From contig RQSC01000397.1 of NCBI GenBank assembly GCA_013416795.1, positions 1-64,000 of the forward strand: a DNA stretch of 64,000 bases, in the 5' to 3' direction. The notes under the pieces were generated by a model. It was not told the DNA's origin. It saw only the letters and a program-made list of their open reading frames with translations, and searched no databases. How positions within the stretch are numbered: position 1 is the stretch's first letter; each line of letters opens with the position of its first letter. The translations under genes were made by a program, and so were the position numbers. Source of the stretch: Prasinococcaceae sp. CCMP 1430. Its lineage: Eukaryota; Plantae; Prasinodermophyta. Below, in pieces: positions 20,923 through 33,280 of the stretch.

Positions 20923-23406
20923 TTATCTGGCGCCCAGTGCGGCCTGGATGGAGACGTCTGCGTCGACGTCTTCCTCAAGAGCCTCAAGGGCCCTGCTTAC
21001 GTCTGGGAGGCACCCCAGCAGCGAGTGCTGCGCGAGCGGTCCGCCGGCGAGCGTTTTTGCTAGCTCAAGGCGTACGTTGGCGACGGGATCCGATGCGAGT
21101 CGCAGCAACATGGGCACGAACTCCGCCACCATGATGTCGGTGTCCACCTCGCGCGCCATGTGAGAACACACGCGTGCGTACAGCTGGCGCTCACGGTAGT
21201 TGCTGCTCAGCGACATGGCGCGCAACGCCTCGATGGTGCCGCGCGCGAGCGCGTCTGTGGCAACATTGCGCACATTCGAACGCCGCACGAGCGCGCACGC
21301 CAGCACGCAAGGCGTGGCTTCCGCAGCGCGATTGCGCACTGACGCCACGGGGTCACGCAGGAGCGCGAGCGCTGCCGGCAGCAGGGCCTCGGCGGCAACG
21401 CGTGCGCCAGCGAGCTGCGCTAGCTGCGCAAGCGTGCCTGCCAGCGCTTCGCGCAGGCGCCAATTTTTGCAGCGCTCGGACACGACATCCCTGGCACTTT
21501 CGCCCGCGGCCTCGAGGGCGCCCCCTTCCCCAACCACGCGGGCCAGCGGCAGCCCCGCGATCCACCCCGCCGCGTCGGTAGGCCTCAGCTGCGCGGCGAA
21601 CTTTGGTGCGGCGGACAACGCTGCCACTGCCACCTCGTCGAGGTCGCGCAAGAATCTCGACATGGCGGGCACCAGCGCGTCCTGCGCCGCGTCCGGCCCG
21701 ATCACCTGTGCTAGCTCGTGCAGCGACAGTGCGAGCGTGCGGCGCACCTTCCATTGCAGCGCACTGCACAGCGAGTCGAAGGCGCCCCTCAGCTCGTCCC
21801 AGCGCTCCGCACCTAGCGTGAGCGCCACTGCTGGCAGTGCAAAGGCACACTCGTAGGTGAGGTCGGTACTTCCGGGCGGGCCAGCCCCACCGCCGCCATC
21901 TGGATCGGGATCCGCCATCGCAGTGAAGTAGCTCACCACATCCGGTGAGACTTCCTTCCCGCCACAGCGTGCAACGAGCGCACCGAGCGAGCGCAGCGCC
22001 GCTGTGCGCACCCACTGGCTCACGTCGTTTGCGAGCTCCTCGAATACCTCGAGCAGCTCGATACATTGCTCCTGGTCGCACACGGCCGCGACATCGACGA
22101 CGGACTCAGCGACAGCCTTGCGCACGCTCCACGCTTGATTGTGCGTATGTGCGTGCGCGTGTGTGCGTGCGCGTGTGTGCGCGCGCGCGTGTGAGCAACG
22201 TCACGCGCACTAAGCGCGCGCGATGGATCGGGTCACGCAGGAGGCCTTCGTGACGGGCGGGTACGACGACGCACCTCGCGCAGCTGCGCGCCTCCTGCGC
22301 GCCCTTTCGCACGCGCGTTCGCACCTTCGTCAGAGGCGAGCTCGACGAATACCCTGAGCAGCCTTTCGTGCACATCTTCGGCCGCCGCCCCATCCCCCTC
22401 AGCGACGGCCGCCATCACCGCCGGCAGGGCGCGAGCGAGCGCTGCGCGTACCCGAAACTCTGTGTCCTGCCTCAGCCCGAAGCACACCTGCGAGAGCTGC
22501 AGGCAGCCCACTCGGGCGCCCATGTGCTTTGCGCTCTCGCGCGCGACGGCGAGGCCCACAACGCGGCTCTCCTCATCGGCGTCTCCTACCAGCAACTTAA
22601 TCGACGCCACGCACCGGGCGTGCCCCGCCGTTGGAGCGTTCTCGGCGAGAGAAGCAAACGCGCGCACCGCGGCCTCTTGCACCTCGTCGACGTCATCAGT
22701 GAGAAGCACGACAACAGCGTCGAGCAGGCGAGCGAAGGACGTGAGCGTCCCTGAGTCGCCATCGTCGGCGCAACGGGCACTCCACGCGGCCTCGTTTCTG
22801 GTTGCGCAGCACACGGCGAGCCTTGCAAGCTGCTCGGCCGTCGTCTCGCGGATCTCGTCGTCGTCGTCCTCACACAGCTCGGCAAGCGCAGGCAGCACTG
22901 CGGGCAGCGCGGTGGCTCCGCCCTCAGCGCCCACGGCCTCGGCGAGCAATCGCACCTGCACCAGCCGCTGCACTGCCACCTCCGAGCCCGCGTATTTCAG
23001 AAAACGCTCCACAGGACTCACGCTCTCCTCGTCCGCATCGAGGTCGCTCGCATCGAACGAGTTCACGGGGAACTCGCGCTCGCCTGCGTGCGGGGCAGAT
23101 GGTTGAGGGTGGCGGGTGGCGATAGAAAGCGTGCGTGCGCGCGCGTGCAGGTGGACGAGCGCGGAATGTGTCAGTTCTCGTCACCTGCGCATCATCGGGC
23201 GCGCCGGCGCTTCATGCACACTCGAGCGTCCGCACGTCCACGCGCCCTTCCCTACCTTCAAGCTCAGCGTCTGGCCCCGACGCGACGGGCACCCCGCGCC
23301 CGCGCGGGCTGGGAGCGTACGCGTCCGCGCGCGCGCCTCGTGGCGACGGAGCCGGCGATCCAACACCGAAAGTCTGCTCCAGCGGGCGCGAGGACTGTGG
23401 CTCCAT
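20923..23406 (-). CDS. PPP4R1: Ser/Thr protein phosphatase 4 regulatory subunit 1-like HEAT-repeat protein; introns 23084-23255 and 22134-22324
   Basis: SPVERFLKYAGSEVAVQRLV and CAFALPAVALTLGAERWDELRGAFDSLCSALQWKVRRTLALSLHELAQVIG resemble PP4R1. Splicing gives SDEAWSVRKAVAE. Confidence 0.85.
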
Positions 23407-24400
23407 CCTCTCCGAGCCCGCCCGCGCCTGCGTGACCGCGTGCGCGCGAGCGCGCGCGGCCGACCGACCAAGCTAGAGGGACGGCGGGCCTTCCAGGCAC
23501 TCTTCACGCCTCCACTCGCGCGCATCGACCTCCCCACGCGTCATAGTCACCGCCCTGGCACTCGCAGCGCCCAGCGCTCGCCTGCCCGCCCGCCCGTCGC
23601 ACCCACGGGCGCGCTGTGGCACGCAGGCGCACAGATTCCAGGAGGGCGTCCCGGCGAGGATGAGGGGCCACACTGTACACGCGCAGCACCACACACTCTC
23701 ACCGCGGCCAGGCACGGCGCTGCCCTCCCACGAGCGCGCTGTGGCGGTCGCGCGATGGCGCGCGCCACACGCGAGACCAGCCACACGCAGCGGGGCGACC
23801 GCGAACCCTCCATTGGACACATGTCTTGACCGGAAATTGATCCAAATCCCGCGCGCGCTGGACCCCGGGCGGGCGGGCCGGAGCGCCCCCGCTACCCTGC
23901 CGTTCACCCCCGCGAAACGTCTCCAAAATTCAAATCCGCCGCCTGCCAGCGAACCGCAAATGATCAGCACTCAACCACCTCGCACTCGATCAATCAACGC
24001 GTCCACCGCCAACGGACCGACGGGTGTTGCAACATTGATCGAGCTCAACATGCGTGGCTGCTGATTGACGTATCAATCGAATCAATCATTCGCGATCGCG
24101 CGCGCGTCGCGCGTGCCCGTCGATCGATGAGCGGCGCATCCTCCAGCCAACCATCGGTCGGCGGCGGACGGGCCGTTAAAAGTCCCCCAACCAAAGAGCG
24201 CACCGAATGCGGAGACGACTCCAGCAGGCGTCCGAAAAAACGCGCGCGCGCGGCCGAAATGGAAAATTGCGGGGAAGATTTTCCGAATGCACGCGCGCGC
24301 TGGTCGAGTGGCGTGGCGTAGCGCGGGGGCTGTTGAGCGCCGCCGCGCGTCGGGGCGCGCGTGCGGCGTGGAAGCCCCGGCCGCCGCCCCGCGTGCCGCG

Positions 24401-25936
24401 ATGGCGGACGCCGCCAAGGAGCCGGCCGCCGCCGCGCCCAAGGCCAAGGCCGAGATCACCATGTTCGACCAGGTGCTGTGGACGCTGCCCGAAGGCGTGC
24501 AGCAGTTCGTCAGCGCAAACACGTACGCGATTGGCATCGCGTGGTCGTGCTTCGGCATTATCGGCTTTCTTGTGGTCTACGGCCTGCTCCAGGTGCGCAC
24601 GCGCACGCGCACCGCCGCAGCCACGATCGTGCGCGCGCGGCGCCATCGTGCCGGGCGCCGCAGGCGCCTTTGCGCGGCGGGGGCTGGTACGGGCATGCGA
24701 GTGTGTGTCTCTGCGGTATTGGGGATGGAGCGCGATGCTGGGGAGAGCGCGTGGAGGACGGGGAGGATAGGCGGCGAGATCCTGACGGGCGCGCCGCAAT
24801 CATCGCGGATCCGCAGGAGCGCATCATGAAGCACCCCTACGGCACTGGTGCGGACGAGGAGAGCTTCACGTGGTCGCTTTTCCTGGTCATGACCAACCGC
24901 CTGGTGACATGCGCGGTGAACATCGTGCTGTTGTACACGTTCGCGCGCTCTGAGATGGCGCCCGTCGCGCCGCTGTACAAGTACGCCGCCGTTTCGGTCT
25001 CCAATGTGGTGGCCACCTACTGCCAGGTGCGAGCATTGCACGCACCTGCCTATCCCCCCCACCCAGCGCGTGCCAGCGCCCCGCGCCCGAGCCCGCGGGT
25101 GCGCGGCGCGATCTTTGTCGCCCCACCACATCACACGGTCAGGTGCTGACGCGCCACCTCTCCGAATGCCTACGGCGCGCGCGCAGTACGAGGCGCTGCG
25201 CTACGTGAGCTTCCCACTGCAGACGCTCGGCAAGACGGCGAAGATGATTCCTGTGATGATCTGGGGCTACTTCATCTCGAAGAAGAAGTACGGCCTGCGC
25301 GACTACGGCATCGCGATTGGCGTGACCATCGGCTGCGCCGTCTTCGTGATGTTCGGCGACGAGTTCGAATCGAAGCGCGCCAACTCAAAGGAGACGTCCA
25401 TGTACGGCCTGTTCCTGATGGGCGGCTACCTGCTCTTCGACGGCTTCACGTCGACCTTCCAGGACAAGCTCTTCAGCGGCTACAAGATGTCTACCTACAA
25501 CCAGATCTTCTACGTGCAGGGCTGCTCCGCTATCTTCTCGGGCTTCTCGCTGCTCAGCAGCGGCCAGCTGATGCCGGCGCTGAGCTTTGTGCAGCGCCAC
25601 CCCGACGCCCTCGCGCACGCGTTGACGCTGTCGGGCGCTTCGACGTGCTCGAACCTCTTCATCAGCTGGACCATCAAGACCTACGGCGCGCTCATCTTCG
25701 CGACCATCATGACCACCCGCCAGTTCATTTCCATCCTCACATCGTGCATCATGTTCATGCACCCGCTGAGCTGGCCTGGCCAGTACGTCGGCATGGCGAT
25801 CGTCTTCGCCGCTCTGTACTACAAGAGCTTCACCACGAAGGACAAAAAGAAGGCCGCCGCAGCGCCGGCGCCTGAGCTTGGGCCTGAGGACGTGGAGGCC
25901 GCCAAGGGCCTTCTCGCGCCTGGCCAGTCTGCCTAA
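24401..25936 (+). CDS. UAA-family nucleotide-sugar/PAPS transporter (UTR5/SLC35B2-like); exons 24401-24592, 24817-25026, 25187-25936
   Basis: VYGLLQ|ERIM, TYCQ|YEALRYVSFPLQTLGKTAKMIPVMIWG, FDGFTSTFQDKLF, GALIFATIMTTRQ. Confidence 0.92.
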
Positions 25937-26172
25937 TAAACTCTCGTCTGACGCCATCGGCGATGGGGCGAGAGGCGCGCTCGCTGCGGGCTGCGGGCGC
26001 GAGCGCAGTTGCCCGCCGCAGCGCAAGCGAGCGTCCCACCGTATCATGTAATTGGTGAGGTAGTCACACCGCGCAAACCCCCGGTGGCGCGAGCTACGCT
26101 TGAGAGGCGAGGCCTTGGAGGATGCGACGTATTACAGCGGCGAGCGCCCGCGCGCGCGGCCACTCCCTGTGC

Positions 26173-27924
26173 TCATGGCTGCGGCGGCTCGCGCGCGACA
26201 AACCCCGCGCGGCGCTCGAGCACGTGCCCGACTGACAGCAGCCCGAGCTCGTCGAATGCGGCGCCGACGAGCTGCACGCCGGCGGGCAGTGCGCCCGCAG
26301 CGGCTGGCGCGGGAAGCGCGAGGGCGGGCAGGCCGGCCATATTCACATTGACGGTCATCACGTCGCCGGCGTAGGCCACCAGCGGGTCCTTGGTGAGCTC
26401 GCCCATCGACGGCGTGCCAACGGCGGCGGGCATCAGCAGCGCGTCGCGGCCGTCGAGCGCCGCGGCGAAGTCGCGCTGCACGAGCGTGCGCACGCGCTGC
26501 GCGCGTTTGTAGTACGCGTCGATCGAGCCCGCCGACAGTGTGTACGTGCCCGCCAGGATGCGCTGCACCACCTCGTCGCCAAAGCCCTCCCCGCGCGTCG
26601 CCTTCAGGGACGCCACCGCGTCTGCGTCGGCTGCGCCGCTCCGTGCGCCGCACGTGACGCCGTCGTATCGCGCGAGGTTGGAGCTAGCCTCGGACGCAGC
26701 GATCACGTAGTAGGCACGCAGGCCGTTGTCGAGATTGGGCACCGAGACCTCGTCCACCTCGGCGCCCAGCTCCCGCAGCGCGGCGGCGGCCGCCTCCACC
26801 GCGGCGGCGCTCTCCGCTGACAGCGCATCGCTCAGCGTCTCGCGCACCACCCCAAAGCGCCGGCCAGCAAGCGGTCGGTCTTCCTCGAGAGCCGCCGCGT
26901 CGGGCAGAGCCGCCGCGTAGTCTGGCACGTCTCGGCCAACCGCACAAGTGGCGTCCGCAGGGTCGGCACCAGCCATCACGCCCAGACAGATGGCCGCGTC
27001 CTCCACGCTGGTGGCCAGCGGGCCCACGCAGTCGAGGCTACTCGCGTACGCAACGAGGCCGTTGCGGCTCACGCGGCCGTAAGTAGGTTTGAGGCCGACG
27101 ACGCCGCACAGCGCGGCAGGCTGGCGGATCGAGCCGCCTGTGTCGGACCCGAGTGCGAGCGCACACTGGCGCGCGGCCACCGCCGCCGCCGACCCGCCGC
27201 TTGAGCCACCCGGCACTCGCGAAGCGTCCCACGGGTTGGTCGTCGCCTGGTACGCGCTGTTCTCCGTCGACGAGCCCATGCCAAATTCATCCATGTTGCA
27301 CTTGCCCACGAGCACAGCGCCGGCAGCGCGCAGGCGCGCAACGGCAGTCGCGTCATAGGTGGGAATGAATCCCTCCAGCGAGCGGCTGCCGGCCGTCGTC
27401 GGCGCACCCATCGTGCAGAGGTTGTCCTTCACGCCAACGGGCACTCCCGCGAGCGGCCCGGGGAGCGTGCCCGTATCTGCGAGCGCGGCATCTACCGCGG
27501 CAGCCGCCTCGAGCGCCGCGTCACGCTGAAGCGAGAGAAATGCACGCACCCCAGGCTCGGTGGCGTCGATGCGCTCAAGGTGCTCCTGCGCGACGCCCAC
27601 TGCCGTCGCCTCGCCGCGCAGCAGCCGCTCCTGGATGCGGCGGATCGCCGACGGCGCTGCCGCCGCGGCCTGCGCGGCCCGTGCCGCACACAGTGCGCGC
27701 CGCCGGCCGTGAGCACGTGCGTCACGCCGGCTTTCTTCGCGCACGCGCGCGCGCGCGTGTTTGTGTGCGTGTGCGTGTGTGTGTGTGTGTGAGCGTGCTG
27801 GGTGACACTGGGTGTTGTGACTGTTGTTTTCATCAGTCCGACGGCGTGCGTGTGTGTTGTTGTTGTGGCCGTTCGTTGCTTTCGATCGATGCGCGTGGGG
27901 GTGGGGGGTGGGGGGGGAAGTCAT
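26173..27924 (-). CDS. gatA: Glutamyl-tRNA(Gln) amidotransferase subunit A, organellar; main exon 26173 to about 27670, 5' exon uncertain
   Basis: Amidase signature GVPVGVKDNL, GKCNMDEFGMGSSTENS, PGGSSGGSAAAVAA, LGSDTGGSIRQPAA; also SEASSNLARYDG. Confidence 0.95.
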   Translation of the reverse strand: MTSPPTPHPHAHRSKATNGHNNNTHARRRTDENNSHNTQCHPARSHTHTHAHAHKHARARVREESRRDARAHGRRRALCAARAAQAAAAAPSAIRRIQERLLRGEATAVGVAQEHLERIDATEPGVRAFLSLQRDAALEAAAAVDAALADTGTLPGPLAGVPVGVKDNLCTMGAPTTAGSRSLEGFIPTYDATAVARLRAAGAVLVGKCNMDEFGMGSSTENSAYQATTNPWDASRVPGGSSGGSAAAVAARQCALALGSDTGGSIRQPAALCGVVGLKPTYGRVSRNGLVAYASSLDCVGPLATSVEDAAICLGVMAGADPADATCAVGRDVPDYAAALPDAAALEEDRPLAGRRFGVVRETLSDALSAESAAAVEAAAAALRELGAEVDEVSVPNLDNGLRAYYVIAASEASSNLARYDGVTCGARSGAADADAVASLKATRGEGFGDEVVQRILAGTYTLSAGSIDAYYKRAQRVRTLVQRDFAAALDGRDALLMPAAVGTPSMGELTKDPLVAYAGDVMTVNVNMAGLPALALPAPAAAGALPAGVQLVGAAFDELGLLSVGHVLERRAGFVAREPPQP

Positions 27925-28387
27925 GGCTGGAAATCGAGTGCTCGATCGAAAGGGCGCGGCGACGGAGCGAGCTTCGAGACGATGCGATGCGCGAACCCGC
28001 GGACCCCTACAGTAAATAAAAAAAAGGGAGCGGGGGCACAGCTGGCGTTGGGCGTGTGAGCGTTGCGGTCTGCTGGGCGACGCCACACGGCGCGCTGCCG
28101 GGGGCGCCCCCCAAAGCCCGGCGCGCCCCGGGGGCGCGGGGCGGTGGGCATTGCGTGGCGCGCGCACAGCCGGACAGCAGGTCGTCCACGCGCCGCGCTC
28201 CGCGCGCTGCGAGACGCGGGGGGGGGAGGGGCGGCGGGCGGGCGGGCGTGCGGCGCGGGCGGGTAGCACGCACGGCAGGTGTTGGCTGCGCTGCGTTTTT
28301 TGCACGCGGACGCGAGGGCGCCGCCGGCGACGGCTCTCTCTCGTGCGCGCGGAGGCGTGCACCTCGGGTGGCGAGGAGGCGGGAACA

Positions 28388-30880
28388 ATGTCGGTGCCGC
28401 GCACAGGGCACGCTCAAGCGACGCGGCGTGCGTCCGTGCCGCGCCTCGGGGGCGGTGGGGCCGCGCGCACATGCCTGCGGCGCGCACCCGTGCGGACGCG
28501 CACGCGGACGCCGCGCGCAGACGCCTCTACGCCTGCGAGTGATGCGGGCGGGGAGGGCTCAAGTGGCGGGACCGCTGACGTCGTGCGCGTCGAAGGTGTA
28601 AGCTCTGACTGGCTGGACGACGGACTGTCAGACACGGAGGCTGGCGAGGGGAGCTGGAGCGGGGCTGCGGCGCCACGCGCAGACAGGTCGCGTAAGGAAT
28701 CTGCAGCCGCGGCGGCGAAGGCTGCCGCAAGAGACAGCGTCGAGGCGGTCAAGCGGTGGGCTCAGGAGGCGCGGCCACCGCAGCCAGGCGACGTCGAGCG
28801 GCTGAGGCGTGAGCTTGCACGCGGTGTCAGGAAGCCCGCGGCGCTGGCGACCCTTGGGGGGGCGGCGGTTGTCTTTGCGCTTGCTGCGGTCGCTGCATCA
28901 AAGCGAAGCGCGGCAGAGGCCGAGGCGCGTGCCGCTGCGCGTGCCGCTGCAGCTGCCGAGATAGCGCCAGACACTGCAGAGGCCGATGCGGCCGACGTGG
29001 CCGGCGACGCGCGTGAAGCAGCTGATGGTGTCGGGCTGAGCGAGGGTGTAGACCTCGAGGTTAGGGCATCGCCCGGCGCTACGCCCGAGGCGCAGGCGCC
29101 CGCCGAGGGCGGCGCTGGAGCGGCGCTCGCGACACCGACCATGCAGCGACATGCGCCGTACTACACGTTGGGCGAGCGGCACCATGCTGCTCACAGGAGT
29201 GACACTGCGAGCGGTGGAGACACATTCGGCCTGGGCGGTGCAGATGTGCGCCCGCAGGCGTTGCGCGCGGACGCGACGCCGTTGGAGCGACTGCAGCACT
29301 ACGGCATCGCCGACCAGGAGGCGTTGCCCTACGAGGTCATCACCCGACGTAAGTTCGCGCGATGGCTGCGCGATGCTGCTGGTGACGTGCAGATCCAGGG
29401 GAATGCGCCTGCCTCTGCGCAGAGGCGCGTGTCGCCCGTCGACACGGGTGAGCTCCCGGTCTTCTTGGATGTCGGCGCGGGCGATCCCGACTTTGCCGTC
29501 GTGCAGAGCCTCGCGGACGCTGGTGTCATTCCGAGCCAGTACAGCGGCGGTGGGTCCCTCTTTCGCCCAGATGCTCCGCTTACTCGCGAGGCCCTCATCG
29601 CTTGGAAGCTTGCACTCGACCAGCGCACGCTGCCACCCGCCACCGCCGCTGATGTGGCCTGGTTGTGGGGCTTCAGCGACGCCAACGCGATCGCCGACGC
29701 GGCGCTCAGCGCTGTCGCGGCCGACCGTGGTCTTGGCCAGGCCTCGACCATTGCTGCAACGTTCGGCTGGACCAAGTTGCTGCATCCCAAACGCGCGGTG
29801 ACGTGTGAGCAGGCCGCACGCGCGCTCGTGGTCTGGAGCGACCCTGGCGTGGACCCGATGCCGGCTGCGGCTGCAGCGGGCGCGGGGATGGGAGCCGGGG
29901 GCGCGCCGGCCGCCGCGGACACTGCGCGCGCAGGTGCGACGATGGGCACTCCCGAAGCAGTCGTGAGGACAGATGTGCCAGTTTCGCGGGTGGCGGCACC
30001 TGAGGAGTCGCCACAAGCAGCTGCGCGGGCTGTCGAGGCGGTGCTACAGGAGGAGCAGGACGCATCGCAGCAACAGGGGGAGAGCGCTGAGGATGTAGCC
30101 AAGGAAGGGCCTGCGGAGGCAGATGAGGAACCAAGCGAGACCGATCCGCCCGCGCCGGCGGACGTGCCGGCACCTGTGGCCACGCAGCAGAGCACATCGG
30201 TGCTGTCGCAGCCGAGCACGCACCAGCCGCAGTCGAGCACGGAATCGCAGCCGCAGCCGCAGCCACCGCGCACAGCGCAGGAGCCTACAGCGCAGCCTGC
30301 CGGCGCGAATGCGCTCACAGCCCAGCCTGCGACGGGATCGGACGACGGCGTGCCCCCGTTGCAGTCCGCGGCAGTGTTCGTCGGCACAGCCGCGGGCCGC
30401 ATCCTTGGCATGACTGCACACTCCGTCCAGTGGCTCGCGGGCACGGTGAACGAGCAGCTGATCGCGAGCGGCAGGCTCGAGGCCTGGGGGCGCGCGGCGT
30501 GCACGGCCGCCAAAGATGCTTCGGCACTGATTGGGGTTAAGGCCGTCGAGGCGGGAAAGGTGATCGCGGTGGCCGCCGCACCCGTGCTGCACCAAACGAA
30601 GGAGCGCGCGAGTCAGCTAGCAAGCGCGGCTTCGGACTCTCTCAGGGCCGCGTACGTCCGCTTTCAGGAGGCTGCAGTGCAAGCGCGGGCCGAGGCTGGG
30701 GACAAAGCTAGCGCCGAGGCCAAGATGGCGTCAGCGAAAGCTGGGCCCGACGCTTCGAGCGGTGGGGATGACGACAAGCGCGACAATAGCGGCGGCGGTG
30801 ACGCTGCTAGCACTGGGTCGCCACCCACCGGGGGCGAGGACGCGCCGCCGTCGGACGCGCCGGCCGCACCGTCGGCATGA
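28388..30880 (+). CDS. Plastid-envelope S-layer homology (SLH) domain protein
   Basis: Transit-peptide-like N-terminus and one TM segment, then ITRRKFARWL...FLDVGAGDPDFAVVQSLADAGVIPS...FRPDAPLTREALIAWK...WGFSD...FGWTKLLHPKRAVT, as in cyanobacterial and plant SLH proteins. Confidence 0.82.
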   Translation: MSVPRTGHAQATRRASVPRLGGGGAARTCLRRAPVRTRTRTPRADASTPASDAGGEGSSGGTADVVRVEGVSSDWLDDGLSDTEAGEGSWSGAAAPRADRSRKESAAAAAKAAARDSVEAVKRWAQEARPPQPGDVERLRRELARGVRKPAALATLGGAAVVFALAAVAASKRSAAEAEARAAARAAAAAEIAPDTAEADAADVAGDAREAADGVGLSEGVDLEVRASPGATPEAQAPAEGGAGAALATPTMQRHAPYYTLGERHHAAHRSDTASGGDTFGLGGADVRPQALRADATPLERLQHYGIADQEALPYEVITRRKFARWLRDAAGDVQIQGNAPASAQRRVSPVDTGELPVFLDVGAGDPDFAVVQSLADAGVIPSQYSGGGSLFRPDAPLTREALIAWKLALDQRTLPPATAADVAWLWGFSDANAIADAALSAVAADRGLGQASTIAATFGWTKLLHPKRAVTCEQAARALVVWSDPGVDPMPAAAAAGAGMGAGGAPAAADTARAGATMGTPEAVVRTDVPVSRVAAPEESPQAAARAVEAVLQEEQDASQQQGESAEDVAKEGPAEADEEPSETDPPAPADVPAPVATQQSTSVLSQPSTHQPQSSTESQPQPQPPRTAQEPTAQPAGANALTAQPATGSDDGVPPLQSAAVFVGTAAGRILGMTAHSVQWLAGTVNEQLIASGRLEAWGRAACTAAKDASALIGVKAVEAGKVIAVAAAPVLHQTKERASQLASAASDSLRAAYVRFQEAAVQARAEAGDKASAEAKMASAKAGPDASSGGDDDKRDNSGGGDAASTGSPPTGGEDAPPSDAPAAPSA

Positions 30881-31077
30881 GCTCGCTCCAGTTTGCAACG
30901 CGGGCTTGGACAGACAGGGGTGTGGTTGAGCTGCCGCTGGGGGCTGACAGAGTGCAGTAATGATCTGCTCACACGCCACGACCACCGCTCTTTGCGCAGG
31001 TGGTTCTCGGGAGTGTCCGATGCGTGTACTTTTACAGGGCGCCACCAACAGCGGGCAGGGCGAGCGATGCGCGACGC

Positions 31078-32843
31078 TCACTCCTTTCCGAAGTCGGCAC
31101 TGTAGTGCGCGGAGGATTCGAGCTTCTTTGCATCTACCAGCTTGCGCACTGCCTTCATGAAGTCGTCCTGCACGGCGTAGTCGCGCTCGTCCCGGATGGC
31201 GAACATGCCAGCCTCCGTGCACACGTTGCGCAGGTCCGCCGCGTTGAAGTTCTCCGCGAGCTTGGCGACTTGCTCGTAGTCAATGTCCCCGTGCTTCGTC
31301 ATTGGGGCTGCGTGAATCTTCATCACTTCGATCCTGTTCGAGGTGCCACCGACGCCAGCTCCCGTCAGCGCAGCGCATGCGTCTGGATGTCCGAGACATC
31401 TTGGCGCATCTAATGCCCAACCTCGCGGGCCGGGCGCGTTCAAAACATCGAGCTGAAATGCGCGCGCTGTCGTGCGTCCAAGGCCGCTGGCAACACGCAC
31501 CTTCCCTGCTCGTTGGGGAGGGGGATCTCGATCTTTCTATCGAGGCGCCCGGGGCGCAGCAGCGCGGGATCGAGCACGTCGGGCCGATTTGTCGCCATGA
31601 TGCACTTGACCTTGCCAAGCTTGTCGAACCCGTCCAGCTGCGAGAGGAGCTCCATGAGCGTCCTCTGAATCTCGCGATCCGCGCTCGTGCCCTCGCTGAA
31701 GCGCTTCCCGCCAATAGCATCGACCTCGTCCATAAAGATGATGCACGGCTGATGCTCGTTTGCGTACGCGAACATCTCACGGATGAGCCGAGCGCTCTCG
31801 CCGATGTATTTGTCGACGATCGCGCTGCTCACCACCTTGAGGAAGTTGGCGTCGATGTTGTTCGCCACCGCGCGCGCCAGCAGCGTCTTGCCCGTTCCTG
31901 GCGGACCGTATAGGAGCACGCCCTTGGGGGGATCGATGCCCACTCGCAGGAACAGCTCCGGATTCTGCAGCGGCAGCTCAATGGCTTCGCGCAGGTCGCG
32001 GATCTGCTCGCCAAGCCCACCGATAGCGCTGTAGCTCACGTCACCCGGGTCCTCCGTCTTCATGTTGTGCACCACCGGGTCAACCTCGCGCGGGAGGTAC
32101 CGCATGATCGTGAGCGTCGTCTAGAGCGCGCCGCGCCGTGCGATCAGGGCGGCGCGACGGGAGTGCCGCAAGGGTGCATTTTGTCAGCGGAGGGGATGGC
32201 CAAGACTGAGGGTTGCGATGCCGGCCTAGCGTGCTACGTGCTGGTGGGCGGCAACTCGCTGCCAGCAGCGCAGCGCATGGCCTGCTGCACGCACCATGTC
32301 CAGCGCCACGCGCGTGCCGCTCGTCAGCTTCGTCTTGTCGACCTTGGTGCGGCATCCCACCACGTAGCGCGGGCCACTGCTCGCCTTGACGATGAAGCGC
32401 TCGGCATCGAGCTGGCGCAGCACCTCGCCGATGATCTGTCCCACACTCTGGAGCGCCTTGAGGTCGTCCTCGGTTTTATCGTAGTCCTTTTGCAGCTGCT
32501 TCGTGGTCTCACGAACTGCGCGGCGCGCGCGGCGCCCGCATCAGCGAGTGCGGCAGCGCCATCGGCAGGGTCAGCATCGGCGATCGGAGCATCCTACGGC
32601 GCCATCCCACGCGCGCCCGCCCGCGCGCAGCTACAGCCGCCCATCCTTGCCGCGCGCCTGCGCCCGCGCCCGCGCGTGGCGAGCGTAGATCCCCTCCCGT
32701 GCGCGGCCCTCCATCCCCTTCCCCTGCGCGCGCTTGCGCCCGCGCGACGCACGCTGCCTCGTGCGCCCGTCGAGCTCCCTGTGCTGCAGCAGCTTGTTGC
32801 GGAAGTCCGCAAGCGCCGCCTGCTTCGCTCCGTCGGCGTCCAT
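31078..32843 (-). CDS. RPT4: 26S proteasome AAA-ATPase subunit RPT4 (S10B), 4 exons
   Basis: [61 protein letters not shown]-terminus [16 protein letters not shown]. Three GTGCG-donor introns restore the frame. Confidence 0.97.
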
Positions 32844-33280
32844 CGCGCGCTGCGGTCCGGGGGGAAAGGGATGGGGAGGCGCCGCCGCCCGCGCGCGCGC
32901 GCGCGCGCTGTGACGCTGCGCCCGGAGCGCGCGCGCGCGTGGAGCCGGCCGGATCCCCCGGAACCGCCGGCGATCGAAATCCTTCCGCGAAATCCCATCT
33001 CTCGCCATGCGCGCGCACCCCGAAAACGTGCGCCGCGGCCGCGCAGCGCGTGCGGGCGCATCAATTCGAACCACTTCCCGCGCATCTCGCTGCGGGAGCA
33101 GCGACGGCCGCGCGCGCGAGGGGAGGAGGAGGGAGCACGGGCGACGCCGAGGGGAAATCTAAAAGAATTTCCGTTATTTTCCGAAAGAAATGCATCAAAA
33201 TCAAAATCGGAGCCGGCGGATAAGCTAATAGTAAATTTTTACCAACAGCTAATTCTCCACCATCACTTGAAAAAATGCCA

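Noticed and set aside
22141-27790. (TG)n and (CG)n tracts at about 22141-22192 and 27740-27790
   Set aside because: Ordinary intronic or 5' microsatellites; not a CRISPR array or a mobile element.
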